NCBI GenBank assembly: GCA_022813865.1
Contig: JALDZX010000044.1
Coordinates: 1 to 64,000, forward strand
Length of the DNA: 64,000 nucleotides
Direction: 5' to 3'
From: Xylographa opegraphella
Lineage: Eukaryota
Part shown: piece by piece, positions 54,479 to 64,000 of the stretch
Position numbering within the stretch: the first letter of the stretch is position 1
Layout: each line of letters opens with the position of its first letter
Made by a program: the position numbers and the translations under genes
The notes under the pieces: model-generated
What the model was told of the DNA's origin: nothing
Database searches by the model: none
Seen by the model: the letters and a program-made list of their open reading frames with translations, nothing else

Positions 54479-55189
54479 AGCGGTGTATAACAATTTGGAG
54501 CAGCAATACGTGATCGAGACTGGAATGTTTGTAGCTCGACATCAGATATACATATGTTCAAAATGATATGAATGAAGCCGGAAGTCGAGGTTTTACGTGT
54601 ACAATCCTCGTATATTCTGGGACCTGTAACCACGATGATCCGTGGACGTTGCTTGCGAGATACGTTTTCGTAGCACTTTAAAACTCGGGTTGTATGGCTG
54701 GTAACTTTTTGTTCAAGACATTCTCGACGCCTTGGAAATTGTACCTCAGGTAGGGAGGTACCTTTAGGATAGGGCTGCCCTAGCTTTAACTCCGACGTAA
54801 TCCTAAACTCCGCGCCATCGACTTCATCCCTCGGACTGCTGCTTTGATTTTCACACAAACGCGACAGCTCCCTCGACGACGCTTCTCGCTCCTACCTTTC
54901 GGAGATTCGGAGCAGGGTTAGCTGATCGATTCGGCCAGCACCTTCGCTCTGACGCCTAGGAGCAAACCGACAATACCATCTAATCCTCCATGCACATGCG
55001 CGATTCGGGCATCTCTCGGCGATAAACAGCAGGCCGCCTCGTCCCTTGCGCTGAATCTTCCCCGGAAGGCTGCTGCGTATCTGCCTGACAACCTCTCCGA
55101 CACCACCGTGTCCTTGCCCGACACCTCACCGCCAATCCACCGCGACCACGCTCCCCCCATCGATCTCTACCACCTCAACCACGCACGCC

Positions 55190-55966
55190 ATGGCCTCCCG
55201 CGACCCNNNNNNNNNNNNNNNNNNNNNNNNNNNNNNNNNNNNNNNNNNNNNNNNNNNNNNNNNNNNNNNNNNNNNNNNNNNNNNNNNNNNNNNNNNNNNN
55301 NNNNNNNNNNNNNNNNNNNNNNNNNNNNNNNNNNNNGCCCCCCCCTCCGACTTTGACACCACAGCACGCGCCACACCACTAGCAAAGGACATCAGCCTGC
55401 GGGACTTCCTCAGCCGAATGGACGAGTACGCTCCGATCGTAAGCCCCTCCCTGCCTCCCCCCTTTGTCCGCCACGACTAACGCACCACGCACCAGATCCC
55501 CGACGCCGTCACCGCGCACGCGCTCACGCTCGCCGGCCTCCCGCCACCCGCCCCAGGCGCTGCGCCGCCCGCCGCCGGCGCGGCCGCCACCACGCCGCTA
55601 CCTCTGGCGCGCCTGCTCGCGCTCGCGACGCAGAAGTTCATCGCCGACATCGCCGCCGACGCGTACCAGTACTCGCGCATGCGCTCCGGCACCGTGACGT
55701 CCAATAGCCTCGGCGGCGGGGGCGTAGGTGCCGCAGGCGCCGCGGGTGGAGGAGCAGCGGCAGCGCCTGCGGCTGCGGCTGGGGGGCCGGCTAAGGCGGC
55801 TGAGAAGGGCGGGACGGGGCAGCATGTGCTTGGGGTGCAGAGGCCGGGGTTTGGGGGCGGGGGGCAGGGGGGAGGGCAGGGGCGGACGGTGTTGACGATG
55901 GAGGATTTGGGGATGGCGGTTGGGGAGTATGGGGTTAGTGTAAGGAGGGGGGAGTTTTATCGGTAG
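55190..55966 (+). CDS. TAF10: TFIID/SAGA subunit Taf10, interrupted by an assembly gap
   Basis: [24 protein letters not shown]...[25 protein letters not shown]...[26 protein letters not shown]. The start is tentative because of the Ns. Confidence 0.92.
55207..55336. other. Assembly gap (130 N)
   Basis: Run of N flanked by C-rich sequence. Confidence 1.
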
Positions 55967-56725
55967 GGATTTTGGGGAGGGGGGGCGGAGGGGGAGGGGA
56001 GGGGTGGATAGGTGGCTATCGATTTGTTGATTCGGCGGTTTTCGCGCTGATTGAGCGGGTGTGTGCTTATGAGTGTTGTGTGCTGCGTGCTAAGTGCTGC
56101 ATGCTATTCACTACCTTATATTCTCCATATCTCCCTCCTGCAACCCATCTCCTTCAACCCATCTCCCCTCCCTCCACCAAGCCAGCAAATTCGCCTGCCC
56201 GGGCACCGCACCGCAGCGCACCTCCCACAGCGCAGCGCGGCTCACTGCTCACCGTAGCGGGACATCGGGCTCTGGGTCGCGGTAGCTGTAGGTGGAGGGG
56301 TGGGTTCTAGGAGTGGAGCGAGGAGGAAATGTTTGAGGGAGGTATGGGAGATATTGATTTGAGGTTGGGGAAGAAGGGAGGGAGGGGGGGAGATGGAAAA
56401 GTGGAGCCGGGAGCTATGTGATGGGAGACATAGATATAGAGCTGGTAGTGTGTGAAAGTGATGGTTCTCAATACGCAGGGTCCAATTCTTCAATGGCGTT
56501 TAGGGTACAAGTTACACGCCACGCGTGAATTTCCCAGCGGCCGTGCTCGTGGGCGGCGTTCGGGAACTCGGCGTTGGTGGGCTGGATCTAGCTGATCGGA
56601 TCGACCGTTCGTGGTGTTGGGACGTTGGAGCTGCCTGCGAGTAATGTTTTAATATCTATACCTGCGATTCTAAGAGCGACGTATTAGAACCGGGTGCATC
56701 CGACGGCGCCTCCCCCGCCTCCAGA

Positions 56726-58241
<1,516 letters not shown>

Positions 58242-59508
58242 CTTTCCAATACCCAGATCGGATCCAAGGACTCACAAGAAACTCACGAACAACGAACAAC
58301 ACGAAAAATCAACCTCCACCACCTCCATCACCAAACAAAACCAAAGATATCTTCCCGCTCAAACCACATCCATCGCACAGCGAAAGGGATTCTCACTCTT
58401 ATCATAGCAGTGTACAGTCGAAGGTCCACAAGGAAAAGATACCGTTCTACACTTGTGGGAACACAGCCGCTCGAAGCGAAACATATCTTAACCCTGGCTA
58501 CCTTACCTACCTATCTATGTAGGATAACGATACGCCAGATTCGACGAAATCGTATTGGCGATCCAGAACCCACCTACCTACGTTAGTCAAGTATGAATCC
58601 CGGCTTTAACCACCGCCTAAAAACAAATGCAAAAGCACATCCAGACCAAAAGCCCACAACACCCTATTAATAAAAACTACCCACGCGAGTGAACACTAAA
58701 CGTATAGTCTAGTACCTATTCCACGCCGGATTTCAAGAATACTGCCAAATTACCTACTTTACTTATCTACTTCCGTGAGGAAACATAAAAACTCCGAAAA
58801 CTAATCCGAACCACGTGATAATTTAAGGGTTTCCATACCCTAAGCGTAATCCCTCCAGACAGGTATACCGTATACCATATTTAAAACTATTCTATCCTCA
58901 TCCACTTAAAAGAACCCCTCCCCCTCCCCCCTCTTAAACTACAAAGCATCAACCCCCCCCCCCACAACCTCACACCTTGTATTCAATCACAATCACCCTG
59001 TAGCAAAAACCACACAGCACACCCCATCAACCAGCACAACCACATCGCCAAGTCCCCCACCCAAGAAAAATAAATCCTTATCATTGAAAACCACCCCTAC
59101 AAAGAACACCAAAGAGTGAAAGTGAGGGACCCAAAAAGAAACCAGTTCCTTAAGGTATATTATATATCCAACAAAAAGAGCGACGGAAACACTAGTATCC
59201 CCCCTCCAAAAAGGCAAGCAGACAGACCACAAAGGGGAGAAAAGGTACCAATATACGACCCCAGAACGTCATGCCACCCCCCCCCCCCCCCTCTCTTCCC
59301 CCCAGCAACATTCTACGTCTCCAACAAGAAACAACAACCATGCAGTGATTATATCACGAGTCCTCGCGCCCAAACGGAGAGATCCCCCCCCCATCCATCC
59401 ACCTCGTCGCTCCTTTACCCTTTCCCCCTCCCCCCCCTCCACCCCCCCCTCCACCCCCCCGGCCCTTCCCCACCGTCCCACCCACCCCCCCCAGACCCAG
59501 CACCCCCC

Positions 59509-62500
59509 TCACGCCAACGGAATCGCCTCGCTCAGTAACCTAAGCCCCATACGATCCGTCGCAACCGGCCACGTGTACGCCTTACGCGCCATGCCCAGCG
59601 GCGCGAGCTTCGCCTTCCGCGGCAGCGATTTCCGGCCCGGCTCCCGCGTCGCCTTGCCCGCCAGGTAGCAGGCCAGGAGCGATTCACCGTGGGCCGCGAG
59701 GTGATGCGCCGGCTCGTCCGCGACCGGCTGCTGCACGAGCGACACCAGCCGATCGAGCTGGTCGAGTGCGCGCCCGTACCAGCCGCCGTCGCGCTCGAGC
59801 CGGATCCTGACGGGCCCGGCTTCGGGCGTGGGTTTGAGGTCAGAGTGGAGGAGGGGCTCGAGGCCCGCTTTCGAGGCCGGGCACGGCGAGGAGGTGGGTG
59901 TCGGGGGCCCGAATTCGTGGTCCGAGGCATAGGATGGCGAGAAGGTGAGTTTCGGAGTCGGGCATGTGGTCCTTTCGGTAGAGGGCTGGAGAGGAGGCGG
60001 CGAGTCGTTTAGTTCGAGGATGGATGATATACTGGGGCGGATAGGCGCTTTGCTTGGTCCACCGGTGATGAGCGGGATCGTGCCAAGTTTGTAGCCTCTG
60101 GACTTTCGCGGCATCTTGGTCTTTTCTTTGACCTCGCAGATCTGTATCGTGTTGGTGGAGCTGGCGACGCTGTTCACGGGAATGGGCTGCGCGACGCCGA
60201 AGCCCGGATGGAGTCTGACATCGGTGGCTAGCAGCGTCTCCTTGATATCGGCAAAGACCACATGGATGGGGGTGAAGAGAAGCAAATCTTCGTGCAAACC
60301 CCATAACTGGCCCACCAGCTTGTCGTTGTCTTCTCGGTATATCCACGCGCCTGAATCACCAGGCAGCCATTCCTCCTGCGGACGATCTCGTTGCACGATG
60401 ATGGACCACTCTTCCGTGACAACTCCGTCCATGCAAACGGTGCTTAGCAGAGGGTGAATGACTCCTTGTTGCCGGCCGCTTCGCTGGCCTACAAAGTATA
60501 CGCGCTTATTTGGCTCAGGATCGCAGGTCGCTTGGCAAAGTGGCCCGTCACCCCTTGGTTGATCTGAAGTAAGAGCCATTGAGCCATTCTCGTAACGATA
60601 GCGGTGTCGGTTCTCGCCTTGACGCTGGTTAACACTGAACAAGGCCCAGTCCATTCGATGATTGACTCGTTTGATGGGTCCTGACGACGAGGAGTTTAGT
60701 ACAGTGGCGCTCCTGTACGTTCTTTGAAAGCGATGGGCCAGCTTTCCCAATTCGAATGCGTCCTCACTTTTTACTAATTCGCCCCGAAGTTCTAGTAATG
60801 ACTCCTCCGTACGCTCTAAGACCATCATTGACTCCGGTAAATTGCTCCTGGAAAGCTCAGGCAGTCCGTGACAGAGACTCAAAATATGAGCTCTCACGCC
60901 TTGGATGCTTTGCTCCAACTGTTCCGACATATCCTCAACATCGAACAAAGATGGAGAAGTAAGCACGAGTTGATCTGCCAGTGGACCGGAGCAATTTTCC
61001 TTCGACTTGTCGATGAAATGGTCCACTGCAAGCAGATACGATTGCCCGTCGACGGAAATATAACCACCCAAAGTCGCCGAGACAGATCGGGTGCATTGCA
61101 ATCCAATCGATGCTCCTGATCCTGGATACTCCCAGTATCTCTTGTGATATGGGAACTCCGGTACATCGTCGTCACTCTCACTTGCGCTATAGGCGTCCTC
61201 TTCTTCGGCTTCTTGTTGCTTCTGACCACGTAAGGGCGGTCGATCACGGCTAGTCGCCAGTAGTCGCACACTCCCTGTCGAAAACCGCAGGTCAATATGA
61301 ATCAAACCACTTTTATCACACAAATCACATATGGCCTTGCGAATCTCTTTCTTCACATGAGACGACTGCAAGCGAGGGCTCTGGATCCGGATATACGGGT
61401 GGGCTGAAAGTTCCGATAAACCAAGCCGCACCAAGTTGACCGAGTAACTCCGTCCAATGCGAGGACCGAGGATATTCGGCAAATTGGGGGAGATGACGTT
61501 GTTCCACGCATGAATCAAGACTTTATCCTCCGCTCTTACTGCAAACGTGTGAAACTGCTTCCCAGCAGTCCGGCCATTGTATACCCGCTTGGTCGATTCC
61601 GAACGCATCTCATCTGCAAAAGCATTTGACCATCTGGTCGAAGAGCGCTTTACGACCTGCAGTCCAGCTCTGCGAAGTAGCGTTTCCAAAATTCCCTGTA
61701 ATTTCAGTCTCGCTTGGTGAGCTGCCCGGGCAGGGCCACGCAGTTGAATGACTCCTTTGGTCGTATTGTAGGTGATGAACGTGATTCCTGCTGTTCGTAA
61801 TGCCGTCACCGCGGTTTGCAAGAAATTCTCCAATTTTTTCAACCCTAATAAGAACTTAGCTAGCTAGCACAAGGTTGATGGGAACAGTCTTACAGTCAGT
61901 TGGCTGAAGGGCAAGGGCAACGAAATCGGCTGGATGAACGTTTGATATCTCTTCCATACTCGAATGGTCATCAAATCTCCAAAGCGGAGCGTCCAGAAGC
62001 GGATCAGTATAACGCATTGTCCCAAACGGCCAAGAAGTGGCGGGAGGGATAAATCCAGTCGTTGGATCATCATGAGAACCATATATGGACGAAAACGTAG
62101 TGCATTCAAAATTTTCAAAATCATATTTATTTTGATATGCGACCGGGTTCGAAACTTGAGCACTGTTCGCCAAGGATAAAGATCGTATACTAGTATCACC
62201 TGCAGCGACAATGAGCGAGTTATTTAGGTCATTGTCGTCACGATTAGGCGTATTTGCACTAGAGCTCGTTGTAGAATCTCGGTATCGACCTCTTTTCAGG
62301 TGAGGCTGGGGTTCGTGCCGCAGTTCTTGTGTAGTGATGGATAGTGGTCTTTTCCTCCGAGGGGCTACCACACCCCTGGTTTTCCGACAATCATGCTGGA
62401 AAGGCTGACCCAGGTTCAAGGAGTTCAGGCCGCCGTGAGCTGATAGCAAAAGTTAGTATAACAGTGACACCAAAGGTACTGACAGGTACAAACACTCATT

Positions 62501-63281
62501 GTTTGTGGAGGAGAGTTCGATGATACGCGGGCCGTCGCTACAACCATTATCGTAAGCTAGTCCATGATCCCGGACCAGGTGTTCGTTGAGACAGAATGTC
62601 GAGCTAAATAGCAGTGTCCCGCCTACATGACAGCATTTCTCCGGGCAAGGATAACCTGGATTGTACAACTCGAGGGAGTGCTGCCCACGGAGATGTTGCG
62701 ATATGTGATCCTTTCGCCCAGACTTGTGCGATTTCTCTTCCAATTTGCAACATCCACAATACCATGATCCTTTTTCTGGAGAATGATGGCAATTTTGATG
62801 TCTCTCTAAATCGTACTTGCGCTTGTAGCTCCTGGTATTTGCACAGCTTGGATGGTCGCAATAGAAAAGTGGCGCAAGCTTTGTGGTATCGGGTTTCTTG
62901 CCCGAAGAGTTCGCCGATTGAACGTTCGAAACGGGAGACAATTGCGGAGGCTCGTTATCTGCAGTATGCTTCTACGACGTTAGCAACAGCTTCACGACGA
63001 TAAGCAGGAAATCCTACCTCTTCGAGACTCCAATGACTGCTTGATCGAGAAGATAGCAAGGATCCCTCGGAACAAACTGGCGGCCACGCCGTATCACTGT
63101 CTGGATTTTTGGACACGAGGGTGATACCGAAAGGTTCATCCCGAGGAAGCGAATCAGTATAGCTACGGTGATCATCGGTGAACCAGAGCGTTCTGTGGTT
63201 TGGAAAAGTCTTCTCATACTCCGCTATTCTCCAATCTAGAGGGACGTTGAAGGCGGTACTGGATTCAGCAAAGCTACCCAT
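59509..63281 (-). CDS. Putative C2H2 zinc-finger + trypsin-like serine protease fusion protein (~1207 aa, 4 exons)
   Basis: Introns 63017-62972, 62493-62440 and 61893-61845 are phase-compatible and give a 3624-nt spliced CDS. Exon 2 carries C2H2-like fingers; exon 4 carries SATLGG, AVDH, DWAL and PGDSGAW motifs. Confidence 0.72.
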
Positions 63282-64000
63282 GTCTGTTCTCTGTGGTAGA
63301 AGGTTGTGCGTTCTTCCGTGTGGTGGTTCTCAAATTGCTGAAATCAATGGTTACTGGTCCGAAAGAGCCGTACTGTAAGGAAACAAAATAGAAGAATAGA
63401 ACGGCCTTGGATGCTCTCTTGGATGATCTGCTATCTCAATCCAATTCCCGTGTTCGAATTGAGATCTTCTGTTAAAACAGCGCTGGGTCTTTCTTGGATA
63501 ACAGGAAAAAGGACGTGGAACGCTTTTGTACAACGGGACAGCTACCAGGCAGCAACAAGGCTCGAGCCCTTTCAAAAGTCTCTAATGAAACGTAATGCCT
63601 ATGAATTGAACAGATAGAACATTACAACAGAGCCCAGACAACAAGAGATGAAAACCCCCGATCACACAGCTGACCATCGTAAAAGGGCGTAAAGAGCCCG
63701 TAACATAGCCCAGCATGGCTCGGCATCCACACCTACACAGCAGTAGCACTGCGGCTACGCAGGTCATCAGGGATACGCCCATAGTCAACAAATCTCATCC
63801 AATCACAAACGCAACCATCACACCAAAATCGCTCATCTCAGCCTTCGCGCCTCCAGATCACGACCTACGCTCATTGGGGGCCAATTCTCGGCAGCTTGCC
63901 CTCCTCGCCCTAATTGCCTTTTTTGCCCTTTCCTCACTTTGGCGCCGGTGATCCTAACTAAGGTCTTCCCCCCACCCAAAACGCCATCTCGCCGAAACTG

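Noticed and set aside
58450..59270. AT/AC-rich intergenic stretch as a transposon relic
   Set aside because: No terminal repeats or coding remnants seen, and CpA is not clearly depleted.
63800..64000. Possible 3' end of a minus-strand gene entering from beyond the window
   Set aside because: Short open frames with no recognisable motif; cannot be supported.

Overview
Gene-dense eukaryotic DNA from a filamentous ascomycete (Pezizomycotina, inferred from short GT-AG introns with CTRAC/CTAAT branch points and the gene set). About 20 spliced protein genes. The left two-thirds is mostly housekeeping: ARP3, taspase-like asparaginase, TFB4, DAD3 (missed by the ORF track), MRPS5, SHE4/CRO1, PRMT5/HSL7, PRP43, GDE1 and TBF1. 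The right third mixes housekeeping genes (RSM19, MRE11, aldehyde dehydrogenase, TAF10) with accessory ones: a histidine-phosphatase-like pseudoenzyme, a secreted S41 peptidase, an NLR-like NACHT-ankyrin gene with an inserted ZZ-like zinc finger, a degenerate kinase-domain-only PKC copy, and a 4-exon gene that appears to fuse C2H2 zinc fingers to a trypsin-like serine protease. Other highlights are a ~1480-aa uncharacterised protein with both an eIF4E-binding motif and a PAM2 motif, a 4-nt microexon in GDE1, GC-AG first introns in both genes of the RSM19/MRE11 head-to-head pair, and recurrent GC-rich islands with a sharp C-rich to G-rich skew switch. A 130-nt N gap lies inside TAF10. No tRNA, rRNA, CRISPR array or intact transposon was recognised. 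All calls come from hand translation, hand splicing and motif recognition, without database searches.
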